Part shown: in pieces, positions 35,246 through 46,958 of the stretch
Numbering within the stretch: position 1 is the first letter of the stretch
How the letters are laid out: the number at the start of each line of letters is the position of its first letter
Assembly: GCA_000442015.1 (NCBI GenBank)
Contig: KE560993.1
Span: 1-58,164 of the forward strand
Length of the DNA stretch: 58,164 bases
From: Rozella allomycis CSF55
Lineage: Eukaryota
Reading direction: 5' to 3'
Program-made: the position numbers and the translations under genes
The notes under the pieces: model-generated
Databases searched by the model: none
What the model was told of the DNA's origin: nothing
Seen by the model: only the letters and a program-made list of their open reading frames with translations

Positions 35246-36498
35246 ATGTACCTTTTCGAAAATACTAGGCCTTCATCTATTGATTTTTCTAAATATTTGA
35301 AAAAAAATTACGCTGATACCATGTCCTTGCAAAATTTACGAGATCAACTTCGTGTTTGTTTAAAAGCCAATCTGGATTCATCTAACATTGTTCATGTCTA
35401 TTTGCCCCTGATTATTAAACTAATGTCAGTATATGATAGAGAAGGGGTAAAGATGCTTGATAACATGTGGTCGTTTTCGTGGAAAGGTGTCCTTTGTGTG
35501 GAAAGATTAAGAGCGGTTGTAACACATTTTTCAAATTCTTATATTTAGACATTCATGGGCAAATTTAGGCCTAAATTTAGTTGCGATAACATTGCTTACG
35601 AAGTCTCTTACACTTTTTTGGTAATTGTTTCATTTCTGCGTAATAGTCCGAAGCTTTTAGATTATTCAATTTAGCGACACAAAAATTAAATGAAAATGGA
35701 GTAGATGAAACCATCCTAAATCAAACAGCTGACTTGTATTGCCAGTCTGCCGGTATATATTAAGAATGATCAAAAGAAGGTATATTTGAGCTAGTAGGAC
35801 AAAAAATCATTCCTAGAATTATCAATATGCCTAGTGAAAGAAGTCCTGAAATATTGAAAGAAACAAATTTCGCATTATCAGAGTAATTGACATGATAAAA
35901 ACTGTTGAAGAATATGCATAGGCCTTGCTCATTATGTGGCATTTATTAAAGCCAAGAATCGGCAAATGTCCAATAAGAACTTGTGCAAGTTATTGATGAT
36001 ATCATTCGATAATTTTAAGAAAGCGCAAGAGTTACTAAAGTCACTCAAATATGATTACCTAGACATAGAGTAATATCCTTCCACTTTTAATAATAGTCCA
36101 AACTTTCGGGATTTTGTGGAATACGGAGGAATGGGATTCAAAGCCATGGCCTGTCTTTTTTATGGAGACGCATGCTTTGAAGAAAAGTAATTTGATTAAC
36201 ATTATTTAACAAGAAAGTACGGTTTGGCTTCTGGGCTTCTATCAGAATCATCGAGAGTTATAAATGAATGTAAAAGAAACACGAAAGAGACGAACGTGAT
36301 AAAAATGGTTTGTGCATACGCTGACGAAGTTGAACAAAAATATTCATCCTATCATAAGGTCAATGTAAGGTTTTGATATAAAATGATAACAAGAATAACG
36401 TGTCATACGAAGATGAACCAACTTTACTTGAAATAGATCTGCTACTCCCCAAAGGTGTGCCGTTTATGATTGCCAAGAAGCCCAATTTTGAGGTTTGA
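35246..36498 (+). CDS. BRO1-domain protein (BROX/PalC-like), about 7 introns
   Basis: FSWKGVL, IAYE, ADLYCQSAG|IFE, RSPE, KYGLA, VN|NNVSYEDEP. Confidence 0.75.
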
Positions 36499-36535
36499 TC
36501 TAAAATAAACAATAAACCCTTAAAAAGTATTTAGT

Positions 36536-37366
36536 TTATTTTTTACATGTTGGGGAACGATTCCTATGTTCTGGTACAGCACAGTGATCATTCCATCCTT
36601 GTTCAATTGAAAGAGCCATTTGTGGACAAGCCGCTTTACTCTCAGAAGAACCATCTTTGGCACCAAACTCAGTGGCGAGAACTTGTGCCAATTTCAATCT
36701 GTATGGTGGTGCAAATTGATAGTATGTCTGATAATCCTTAAAATTCGTCTTATCAGATGCTTTGCACTCTGGAGGGTTTACAATCATCAGAGCTTGTCCA
36801 CAATTAGTTGCTTTACTTCTCGCATTTCCTTTCTTCCAAAACTGAATGGCAGATACCCAGGCATACTTTTCACTTGCCACCAAACTTGGATTGGTCATGA
36901 TATTCGGATCTTTTACAGCGTCAGAAAAGGATTTGTAATTGTCTTTGGTTGTCACTTGAATATAACCACGACCCCAGTACTTCTTGTTGTATTCAGGTTG
37001 AGCTTCACATCCTTTTGGATCGTGGCGGCAACGAATCTCTTCCTTTTGAGTAAGACACCAGGATTCATAGAGAACATTGGAAAGAAATGCCACAAATTCT
37101 TCCTTGGAGGTGAAAACGTCTTCACTGCCGATTGCAGATTTCAAACCTAATGCCTTGTCTTTAAGCTCATTGTCCGTAGGAAGTCTAAACTGAAGTTCTG
37201 GCGCTATCTTTTTCAACTCAAGAATGTGATCTTGTCCGAGTCTTTCATTTGGGCCAAATATTTTGCAAGCCTTTTGAACTGCAGACACAAATTGTTTGAC
37301 AGTAATGCCAAGTTTTGCAGCGATAGAAAAAGAGACAAAGATACAGAAAACTACTGGAACTTTCAT
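36536..37366 (-). CDS. Secreted glycoside hydrolase family 19 chitinase, intronless
   Basis: Signal peptide; AFLSNVLYES..L..KEE, YWGRGYIQVT..NY, P.LVA, SAIQFW. Confidence 0.85.
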   Translation of the reverse strand: MKVPVVFCIFVSFSIAAKLGITVKQFVSAVQKACKIFGPNERLGQDHILELKKIAPELQFRLPTDNELKDKALGLKSAIGSEDVFTSKEEFVAFLSNVLYESWCLTQKEEIRCRHDPKGCEAQPEYNKKYWGRGYIQVTTKDNYKSFSDAVKDPNIMTNPSLVASEKYAWVSAIQFWKKGNARSKATNCGQALMIVNPPECKASDKTNFKDYQTYYQFAPPYRLKLAQVLATEFGAKDGSSESKAACPQMALSIEQGWNDHCAVPEHRNRSPTCKK

Positions 37367-37432
37367 GTTCTGTTACATTCCCCTAGGAGGAGGTCGTTTT
37401 TATAGGTCACAGTTATTTTTAGAAATTTTTCT

Positions 37433-37570
37433 TTAAATATATACAATTAATTCAATAATCGATGAGGCTGCCTCAACCTGAAAACCACAGAAAATTCGGA
37501 AACATGGATGAGGCTCGAACCATGTACCTAGACGTCCAGAAGCATCATGGTTAGTCAATAATGCCAACTA
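37433..37570 (-). mobile_element. tRNA-derived SINE-like element, copy 2 (internally deleted)
   Basis: Reverse complement catggttcgagcctcatccatgtttccgaattttctgtggttttcaggttgaggcag aligns to about 6268-6324; the 30-nt tail cgattattgaattaattgtatatatttaaa is identical to copy 1. Confidence 0.7.
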
Positions 37571-37703
37571 TTTTAAGACATCTAGTTTTTCTTTTTAAGA
37601 TAGTAATTTTTAAATAAATTTTTTTAAATATAAAAAAGACATCTCTTTCAAGAAATCATAACAAGAAAAGTAAATGTTACTCTTTTCGTGATTTAGGTGC
37701 GTG

Positions 37704-37776
37704 GCGATCATAGCGCAGCCGGCAGCGCGTAAGTCTCATAATCTTAAGGTCGTGAGTTCGAGTCTCACTGATCGCA
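37704..37776 (+). tRNA. tRNA-Met(CAT), elongator type
   Basis: Acceptor GCGATCA/TGATCGC plus A, D-arm GCGC/GCGC, anticodon loop CT-CAT-AA, T-arm GTGAG-TTCGAGT-CTCAC; T-runs downstream. Confidence 0.95.
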
Positions 37777-37798
37777 CATAATTTTAATTCTTTTTGAA

Positions 37799-37863
37799 AA
37801 AGGGACCTTTCGTTCAAGGCTAGAATTAAGTCGTTCTTCTAGCCTTGAACGACAGGACCCTTT
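37799..37863. repeat. 27-bp inverted repeat (25/27 match, 11-nt loop)
   Basis: aaagggacctttcgttcaaggctagaa ... ttctagccttgaacgacaggacccttt. Confidence 0.85.
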
Positions 37864-37954
37864 GATTTTGCGAGAAGGAATGAACAAGCAATATTGAATA
37901 AGACTAAAAATATTGTATAGTGTTTATTTGTATTTTTTGTACAGAAATTGAACT

Positions 37955-39413
37955 TTATTTTGTCGAAGGCTGAGAGTTTTGATTGCCTGCAAGTACTCGG
38001 TTTCGAAGAAATGAAAAAATGTGAACGTTATCGTCGTTAATGTTATTAATATTTGTTCTATTTAACATCTTTAAGTTCAATGAAATGTTTGAAGATCCTA
38101 TTTGTGAATTTACATATTTCAGTGCCTTAGAAACATGACCCTCTTCATATGGTACGGCCAAAGATGCTTTCTTTAATCGAAATTTATGACCTCTCCACTC
38201 TATTGTGTCCTTTGATATGCCTAAAAAGTACAAGGGAAAAAATAGAAGTTCTCGAGCGGTCCAAATTAATGGGAATAATGAAAGTGACGTGAAAGTGACT
38301 TTTTCAGAGTTGTAAGAAAAGTATGACACCATGTCACATGCAAACCAAAGAAAAAAATGGAAAACTAATAAATTCGATGTAGAGACTCGGAATATGGTTC
38401 CCATTGTAAAAAGACCTAGCAGTAGAGATCCAATGAATTCAGTCACTGGCTCAAATAAAGTAATGATGCCTGACAAAGAGTAGCGTAATCTGGTCCATCT
38501 GATTTTTCTCGAAGCAAAAGCGTGGAAAGACATGTTGTTTAGATTTTGATAAGCCGTTTCAGTAGAAATAGCGCATTCCCAGCCTTGTAATGTTAGTGCA
38601 CATGATAATGCGTTATCTTCTGCCATGTATTGGGCGAATTTAGCTAGCCCTCCGAGTTTTTCAATACATGACTTTCTGGTTATGGTTGATTTTCCAATTA
38701 CACATACAATGTTTGTTCCGAGTGGATTCAAGTATTCAGCTAAGCGATTAATAAACAGGTAAGTCCTCATGTGCGACAGTGACAGATACATCGCCTCAAA
38801 TTTGGCCGCTATTGAATTAAAATTTGTTCCAAGAATTCTGTGATGAACCATTGCCACTTTTGGTGACTCAAATTGAAAAACAGACTTTTTCAGGCAATCC
38901 TTTGGTACTATAACATTGCTATCCATTATCCAAATTAATTCATGTTTAGCACATTCATATCCTCTAATTAAATTATTGATTTTGGGATTAACACCCACTT
39001 TTTTGTCGCCTTGACATATACAAATAATGTTTTTACCTATCAACAGAGTAGCATTTACATTTGGATACTCTGATATTATTTTTCGCGCAACTTCAACAGC
39101 CTCGTCTTCTTCAGAATCAACGCATAAAATTATTTCAAGATTTTCGTATTCCTGCTTAAAAGTACTGCGAAGATTTTCCTCCAAACAACTATCTACACCT
39201 CTTAGGGGCCTGATAAGTGTAACGGGCGGGTATGCACCATTTATATTTTTTCTTCTACGTTCGTTGTATCCACATATACTATTTACCAACAAAAATATCA
39301 AATTACCTCCAAAATGTAACTAAAACTTGCATAAAGATAACAAGCACATAATGTATAATGCCGATGTATGAGCCTACTATTACAAAGCAGGTGGAAAACG
39401 GAATCTGTGGCAT
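37955..39413 (-). CDS. GCS1: Ceramide glucosyltransferase (GT21)
   Basis: N-terminal TM exon from ATG 39413; VTLIRPLRGVD, VGVNPKINNL, IWIMDSN, GKS, YMAED, RKIRWTRLR, FEP. Confidence 0.9.
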
Positions 39414-39480
39414 AACGCCAATTGTGGCTGAGAGTGAAGAAAAAGGCGCGAAAATGTTTTAAGCCAATTTATTTTTGATT

Positions 39481-40771
39481 CTATATCGCGATGCTCTCAG
39501 TTTTAATACTATCGATCTATTTTACTTGAGTTAAAAACTTACGTCAAAATCACAATGATTACAAGGGTTACTGGCAAAGCAATCAAAAGTGATGAATTGG
39601 TAGAATTAGATAACGATCTATTTTTCAAAGGCATGTTAAATTCAAAATCATTTACATCTAAATAAAATTTATCAAACTCGAATCCTTGGAGGCCGCTAAT
39701 ACTATTGAAACCCGTTATGACTTACATTCAACAATAAAAAATTTCTTACAAGTCTCAATATACAGCCTTCCAGTGCCACCTGAAAAATATTCTTTCATCG
39801 CATCATTGAGGTATAATTCAGTTAGATTTAAAGTAAAACGTACAACCTCTGTTCCATTTAACAAACCACTGCTTATCGTTCTATACTGTGCAAATGTATC
39901 ATCAAATAATCTATGAAAGTTAAAAACTTTGAATTTTAAACTTTGATATAGAGGAAAAGTGGAAACGAACTTGTTGGAACTACCGGAAATGAATTTACCT
40001 TAGGAACATTTTTAACAAAATATGATATTCCTGTATCATTTTTCGATAAATCATATGCTTTCAATGTTTCACAATTTAATCGATACGTGAACGTTATGAC
40101 ACTGCTTCTATTGAATATTTCGCACGTCGACATTGATTGAATAGATTGTATTTGTTTATATACATCTCCACATTTCAAATTTGGACTTTCTCTTATTACT
40201 TTGCACTTGTATGGAATCACACTATTACAATTGCTTCCTACCGTATTGATTGGGCACCGGCAATAGTTCTTTCAATAAGTGGAAAACAATATTACAACTT
40301 CTATTTCTGTGCAACAATTTGATAAGCATGTTGAATTATTTGACGCACAGTTTTGGCATAACAGAAAATTGCTATTACTGAAAGAATCGAAATCTATCCT
40401 CCCATCAGGACATTGGTATCTAAAAAAGAAGTTGCGTATTTCTACTCATTAGTTTCATGTTCGTTGTACAAAATTCCACCATTTCTACAACTGCTGATCG
40501 AGCTTGCAAAAATAGCGCGTAAATATGGCTTACTTAAAAATGAATTTACATTAACCGCCTTAAGAAGACGGGTAGAAATTGGCATAGGTTTCTGGGACCG
40601 TGACATCTTCTTGACGCTATTTTTGACGACAGTAAAATATGCGTTAATCAGGTCATTTAATGAGGTTATTTCATTAACCCATGTGAAATAATCCATAGAG
40701 TTTAGAAAATGACTTGACGTTATCAAATTCAAGGTTAATAATGTTATTGTACTGGAAGGCCAAGGTTTCAT
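39481..40771 (-). CDS. Hypothetical Cys-rich, EGF-like single-pass membrane protein (multi-exon)
   Basis: Spliced CRNGG...YQCPDG, YCRCPINTVGSNC; C-terminal hydrophobic LLIALPVTLVIIVILT. Confidence 0.55.
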
Positions 40772-41032
40772 ATAAAATTATGATTTCTGAAATTTGGCGC
40801 TCAATTATAGACCTTTTTGCGCTTTTGCAATGAAGAGGTAAGTTCAAATGTGTTTGTTCTTTATATTTAAATATAGGTATTTCAATTTGCTGTTTAATTT
40901 CCCAATTAGGAACTAGAGTCTGGGTTTGCTGGCAGTTTCAATCGATGTAGTCTAGATATTTATAAAAATGTATATAATGAAAAAAAGAAGTCATGTTAAA
41001 TAATGAAGTTCAAAATATATTGGACAAATCAT

Positions 41033-42794
41033 TTAGCCTAGATGAACATTTTCCGGGTTGAACGTGAACCCTTGAAACTTTTTCTGCAACGTTTCGCTTA
41101 GATGAGATTGATTTACAAAGCTATCGGCTGGAACTTCTTTTGTAAACTCCTCGTCGAAATTGCTAGTGTCTTTATCAGAAACCTACGTTGATCCTAGAAA
41201 TGTGCATTACGACTTTAGGTTTGAAAGGAGGTTGATACTTCTTTTCATTCAACTTGTTCCAATCAATGTCTTTGAAAAATTCATGTTCCTTAATTTCATT
41301 TGCTCCATTCGCACCTAATCGCTGAAGAGGGTCTCGGCAAAGCAACTTTAATGAGTAAAACAAAGATATACCTTAGTTAATAATGATTTAGCACAAGAAC
41401 TGACGTTATCGGGAAATTCCAAAGGGCTTTTGAGAATTCGTTGGTACATTTCATTTGTATTCTCAGAATAGAATGGAGGAAGGCCTACTAACATTTCGTA
41501 CAAGAGTATGCCCAATGTCCACCAGTCAACCTTTTTTCATACATTACGTAAAATTACTGCCATTGTATATCCTTCTCCTTTCAAAACTTCAGGGGCTAAA
41601 TATTCTGGAGTGCCACAAAAAGTATTTGTTTTCTCACCCTTTTCCAAATTCAATTTGCATAATCCAAAATCGCAAAGAGCAATATGACCAGTGTAATCAA
41701 GAAGTATATTTTCTGGTTTCAAATCTATTTACATAACGGTAATGACTTACCCCTATGATATATAGAAGACCAATTTACCGGTATATTATGTTAAATCCGT
41801 GCAAGTGCTCTAATGCTGAAAGCAGTTCCGCGGTATAAAATTTTGCTCTGTCTTCACTGAACTGACCTTCATTTTGAAGATGATGAAATAACTCCCCACC
41901 ATTAATGAAAGCGAGAACAAGATACAATTTCTCTGGTGTTTGGAAAGAAAACTTTAAATTCACTACAAAGGGATTGTCGATTTTGGCGAGTACATTTCTT
42001 TCGGCCAATGTGTGTTCAACCTCATCCCTTTTTACAATATCAGCTTTTTTGATAATCTTCATGGCATATATACGACCGGTGTCCTTCTTGCGGACTTGCA
42101 TAACCTAGTATGAAATAACGGAAGTGCTACTTTCCCAAATGAACCTTTTCCTATGACTTTTAATAAATCAAACTGATCAATATTCAAAGTTTTTGTCTAT
42201 TTTTAATTTTTTCTTATTTTACTGAGGGTATTTGATAGTCTATTTGGATGTGCATTTCAATGGTCGTTGGCTCAGCATTGTTTCCACTCAACTTACACCA
42301 TTTATTCATTTTTAATTTCTAATTCATTTTAAAATCATATTAATACTTTTTCGTCCACATCAGGAATGAATGTTGTCGAGCCCAAAAAGAAGTCCCTGCC
42401 TTCACTATTTGGCGCATACAAAGAAATAACAATCTCTGTTAATCTACTTATATCGCTATAAATAAAAAACATGATGATTACAATGATGCCTTTTGGTTCC
42501 ATAGGGGGCAGTTGCTTGCCCAAGATGTAGCGTCTATAACAATATCATTCTTGTCAAAATCAATGACAGCATAAGGAATGCGATTTAAGTGCTCTTTCGG
42601 ATAATTTTTTACTTCAAGTATATGAATTATAATGACCCCGCCTTCGTGCACAGACTTTTCAAAGCGCATTCATATATTTACTTGAGGCCGCTTATTGAAA
42701 GGCGGAACTACATTTTCTTTATTTGGTGATTGTAATGAGTTCTTCTTTGCTATATTATTTCATCTTTGAACTCTTTACATTTGAAAAAGTTCAT
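41033..42794 (-). CDS. YPK1: Ypk1/Gad8-like AGC kinase with a C2-like N-terminus
   Basis: [87 protein letters not shown] hydrophobic motif. Confidence 0.95.
41751..41752 (-). other. 2-nt microexon (GG) between two 26-nt introns
   Basis: TAC CG|gtaaat..atcatag|GG|gtaagt..aaatag|AT TTG gives Y-R-D-L. Confidence 0.85.
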
Positions 42795-42921
42795 CGTTGC
42801 CAAGATAATAATGATTAGTCAAACTATTGAATTCAAGAAAACTTAAAACATTTATTAATTCAATTTTATTTAATTATTGTTTGAGGCTATTTTTTTCCTG
42901 AAATTTCTAGGACTGGTTGCG

Positions 42922-44126
42922 ATGGGCCATACATTATCAGAACCTATTACGGAAAAACATTCTACAAGTACTGACGGTTCCAGACTATTATATGGTGCGT
43001 CTTCAATGCAGGGATGGCGTGTGAGTAACACATTTATTTTGTCTTAATAAAAGCAATGGAGGACGCGCATACAACATTATTAGAAATGAAGGGATATGAA
43101 AACATGGCATTTTTCGCAGTTTTCGATGGACACGGAGGTAAAACTTACTTCATTCATTATTCAGGCGCAAATGTCGCAAAATTTTGCGGCGAACGATTGC
43201 ACACGATTTTGGCAGAACAAGAGTCTTTTAAAACTGGAAATTTTCGTCAATCATTAATAGATACATTCCTAAAGGCGGATGCCACTTTAAGAATACGTAA
43301 AAAAGATCTTCAGAATGAATTTTAGTGCCCGAATTTAAGGATGAGCAAGCTGGTTGTACTGCAGTTGTGACATTAATATCGAATGATCGTATAATATGTG
43401 TAAAAAATAAACGTATGCGTTTTCCAGGGAAATGCGGGAGATTCTCGAGCAGTTTTATGCTCCAAAGGAGAAGCAATACCATTGTCACATGACCATAAGC
43501 CAATGGACCCGGGTATGCATTGTAAATTTATTTTAGTAGATGAAAGCGCCAGAATTGTTAACGCCGGTGGTTTTGTTGAAGCTGGAAGGGTGAATGGAGC
43601 GCTGGCACTTTCAAGAGCTATAGGGGATTTCAATTATAAAAATCCTGAATTAGCTGTTGATAAGCAATTAGTTATTTGTAAAAAATATTCATTCCTGGTA
43701 TATAGCATATCCGGATGTAATCGAGCAAGAAATGGGGCCGGACGATGAATTTATTGTAATGGCATGTGATGGCATTTGGGATTGTTTTACAAATCAACAA
43801 GTGGTTAATTTTGTTAGAGAGAAAATAGCTGCAGGCGTGGAATTGGATAAGATCTGTGAACAACTTATGGATCGCTGTTTAGCTCCAAAGTCTATGATGA
43901 CTGGGATCGGGTGTGACAATATGACGATTGTTATTGTGGGTTTGCTTCAAGGAGACACAAAGGAAAAATGGATTCAGAAATGCTCAAGACCTTCAAACTT
44001 TCATGCTGAACCTCATCTGTAAATTTTTTCGTTAAGAGTCTAACTAGGATTCACGATCGGCCGGTAATGACTGAATTTCTCACCGAAAATTCAATATCTG
44101 TTGTACAAGATACAAAAATAAACTAA
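42922..44126 (+). CDS. PTC2: PP2C phosphatase, Ptc2/Ptc3 type
   Basis: [63 protein letters not shown]. Confidence 0.95.
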
Positions 44127-44170
44127 ATATTCGCCCTTTTATTTACCCTGGAATTTCACAAAATTCTTTA

Positions 44171-44874
44171 ATGTCTTCGTACGATAAAATGATTGTTTAG
44201 AGGTAGAACTGTACAAAAATTAGATAACTCGTGGACTTTTTGGTTTATGCACCGAAGTCCAACCGCTAAAAATTTAACATCTAGTTATGGGGACAATATT
44301 AAAAAAATTGCTTCTTTCGACACGGTATTAATAGTCTCTTGCTTTGAATTCAGGTAGAAGGGTTTTGGGGTGTATATTCACATTTAAAGAGAGCTACTGA
44401 AGTGCCCAACATTACCGAATACAATTTGTTTAAGTCGGGCATTAAACCCATGTGGGAGGTACAGCATTATTAATTTATTTAAAAAGGTAATAACTTTTTT
44501 TATTATTTATATAAAGGATACCGAAAACCAGAATGGTGGGAAGATTATGCTTCGGCTTCGAAAAGGTGTTGTCACGAGATTGTGGGAAAAGCTGGTATCA
44601 TTATAATTGCATGAAAACTAGATACTTGTTGTTATTGGTAGTCAAGACCATTTTGCTTCTGATATTTGTGGTTTAGTACTCTCTATTCGACAATTTGAAG
44701 ATATTATATCGGTGTGGAATAAGACATCTTCAGATAAAGATCTTATCCAAGATTTAAAGTAAATACTCTATAATAGCCTTAACAAGAAATAAATTAGCTG
44801 AGTTATTAGAGTTGCCCAGTGGGACAATTGTTGATTACAAAGTTCACAATTCTCACCACAAAGATCAAACATAA
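44171..44874 (+). CDS. EIF4E2: eIF4E family member, class II (4EHP/eIF4E2-like); absent from the ORF track
   Basis: Spliced LDNSWTFWF, SYGDNIKKIASFDT|VEGFWGVYSHL, FKSGIKPMWE|DTENQNGGK, RLRKG..RLWE, ICGLVLSIRQFEDIISVWNK, YKVH. Confidence 0.88.
44459..44516 (+). other. Composite 58-nt intron of two abutting GT..AG units (28+30 nt)
   Basis: TGG GAG|GTACAGCATTATTAATTTATTTAAAAAG|GTAATAACTTTTTTTATTATTTATATAAAG|GAT restores WE-D. Confidence 0.85.
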
Positions 44875-44941
44875 AATTATTATAAAGTAACTAAATAATT
44901 CACTTACTACACACCGAACACGTTTATGATTAATATTTGTT

Positions 44942-45546
44942 TTATTGAGGGAATATTGCCTCTACTTTATGCAGCCAAAAATTTATGCAATTTGCATGAT
45001 AAGTGGAACCGGCCCATTTTACTTTGCTGGATGGCGAGTCTTTGTCATAGAGGTTGCTTTGACATAAAACGCATATTTCATATTCAACTGTGTTAACTTT
45101 GGCATTTATACTGCATTGCAATGTTGCACTGAGCTTCGCCCCAATATTCTCCAAAGTCGTCAAAGTATCTTGTATTTGTTCGTTCTGCACAGTTGCTAAT
45201 GAATTCTTTGTTCGAGAATATACACTTATTAGGCTTTTAAGACCTATAAACAAAAATACCTCGATTTTTTACTATTCTCATATGTTGTATCTGTATAGCC
45301 ATTTTCAAAATACCGTAGACCTTCAGTCATACATGATTCTATCGCCTTTAAAAACCTTAGCGATGATAAAACTTTGGATTCTTTCAATTCCGAAGTTTCT
45401 CGAAAGCCCTTATTTTCACAGACAGTTATTGGCTGGAGTGAAATGCTTTGAAAATCACCAAACGAATCTTCCTCTTCAAAACAGTTTTTTAAATCGTTTT
45501 TGAACGAAACAAAATCTCCAAATTCATCGTCTTCCATCTGGACCAT
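44942..45546 (-). CDS. Short synergin-gamma-like AP-1 accessory protein
   Basis: DDEFGDF and DSFGDFQS gamma-ear-binding motifs; C-terminal CVLC...YHANCINFW resembles the synergin-gamma C-terminus. Start uncertain. Confidence 0.6.
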
Positions 45547-45634
45547 CTCAATAAAGTCAGGGGTTAGTGTGTCAGACTCACAATTATTAATAGAAAAGTC
45601 AAAACTGACATTGGAATTCACTTTACACTTAGCT

Positions 45635-45740
45635 AATGTGGAATAACAGGCTCAGATTTAAGTTAAGTTTCACATTAGCAAAACGGAATGCATCAATGAT
45701 TCTGAGAAGACTGGGTCACTGGCATAAATATTTAAATAAA
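45635..45740 (+). mobile_element. 3'-end remnant of the CRE-type non-LTR element
   Basis: Encodes NRLRFKLSFTLAKRNASMILRR; DNA aligns to the reverse complement of about 56214-56305 (caggctcagatt.aag.taagttt.acattagc ... caatgattctgag ... ctggcataaata). Confidence 0.75.
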
Positions 45741-45776
45741 GTATGTTTGAGATTTTTTCAACAGCAAAATGGACCT

Positions 45777-46861
45777 TTATTCTTCGAAATCATCAAAACC
45801 ATTTTCGACAGGCTGTTCGTCATCATCTAAAAATGCTGATGAATTATCTGTTTTGACATTGTCTATAGAATTAGTGTCGTTGCTTTGTTGATGGTCTATG
45901 TCACTGTTCTCACTGAATGAGCCAAAACCAAATCCATAAAATGGGAATGGAAAGAACGATTGACCTCCCTCCCTATTTAACACTTCTAAATTTTAAATAC
46001 CTGGTGAAATAATCAAGATCTATTGCAGTTGAACATCCCAGAGTGACTGCCTTTTCTTCAAAGGTCAGTTCTCGACTTTGCCCGGGAATGTTTTTAAATT
46101 GAACAACATATTTTCCAGCATCTGTAAACAACTGATATATTTTTCTGAAAGTTTTTACTTCTTGTGCCAAATTTGTCCAATTTCTAGTGATATATGACAA
46201 TGGTTTTCCAACCTCATCTCTTAAAGTAAAGTCCCAGGCTAAAAAGCCTTCATTAATAGATGCGAATTGGTTATTCCTTTATTTAACCTTGCCAATTACC
46301 ATACTTGCGAAATAGTTCATATTTTCTCCTTATCAAGTGCCACTTCTGATGTATCAATCCAAAAATATTTCCATTAGTCCCATCTGTTACTGTAAGTTTA
46401 GAATTAATTAGAGTAAAAGGTCTGTTAATTTTCATAATAACATTTGAATTTAAATCCAGTACAAACGCTTCGAAAGGTCTATGGGTCCCTGCGATTTGTC
46501 TTGTAAACATTCTCCCAATAGTGTTTGACTCGATTATGTACCCCAACATCAAAAAATTACGGACAAATCAATTTACCTTGGCGTTTTGATCGTAAATTAC
46601 ATATTGATTGGCTTGATCAAACCCTGTAACGATTCTCATCCATTCAATTTGGCGACAAATCACCAGGACATCATTAGACAATATATCTGTTAAATTTGGA
46701 ACAGATTTAATTATATCCGTTTTTTTCTTTTCAGCAATATCCCTCGTCATTTTATTTCTCGCAATCCTTCTCACTCCTTGTATTGTTCGATCATCTTTTG
46801 TTTATTCATATATCGTGTAAGTACTTGATAAGTATCTACAGAAGATTTTGACAAACGTCAT
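45777..46861 (-). CDS. Scramblase-family protein (Aim25/PLSCR-like)
   Basis: RQIEW...GFDQANQY, LGYIIE, RQIAGTHRPF, RPFTLINS, WHLIRRKYELF, LAWDF, FTDAGKY, IDLDYFTR. Confidence 0.85.
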
Positions 46862-46958
46862 CGGCCAATAAATTATTATGTTTCAACCAGAAAATTACCA
46901 ATTCTTTTGGTCTCAAATCAGAAAAAGAAATTGTAGGCGACGATAAGCGCTACTTTAT

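Noticed and set aside
40830-40915. ATGAAGAG|GTAAGT..TAG|GTATT..TAG, a possible third pair of abutting introns
   Set aside because: Units are 39 and 33 nt and no meaningful ORF results; cannot be supported without RNA data.
45556-45570. CTAACCCTGA on the minus strand, resembling a telomerase RNA template, plus a nearby hairpin (45632-45679)
   Set aside because: An 8-mer like this is expected about once by chance in the window, and the hairpin region is explained as a retroelement 3' remnant.
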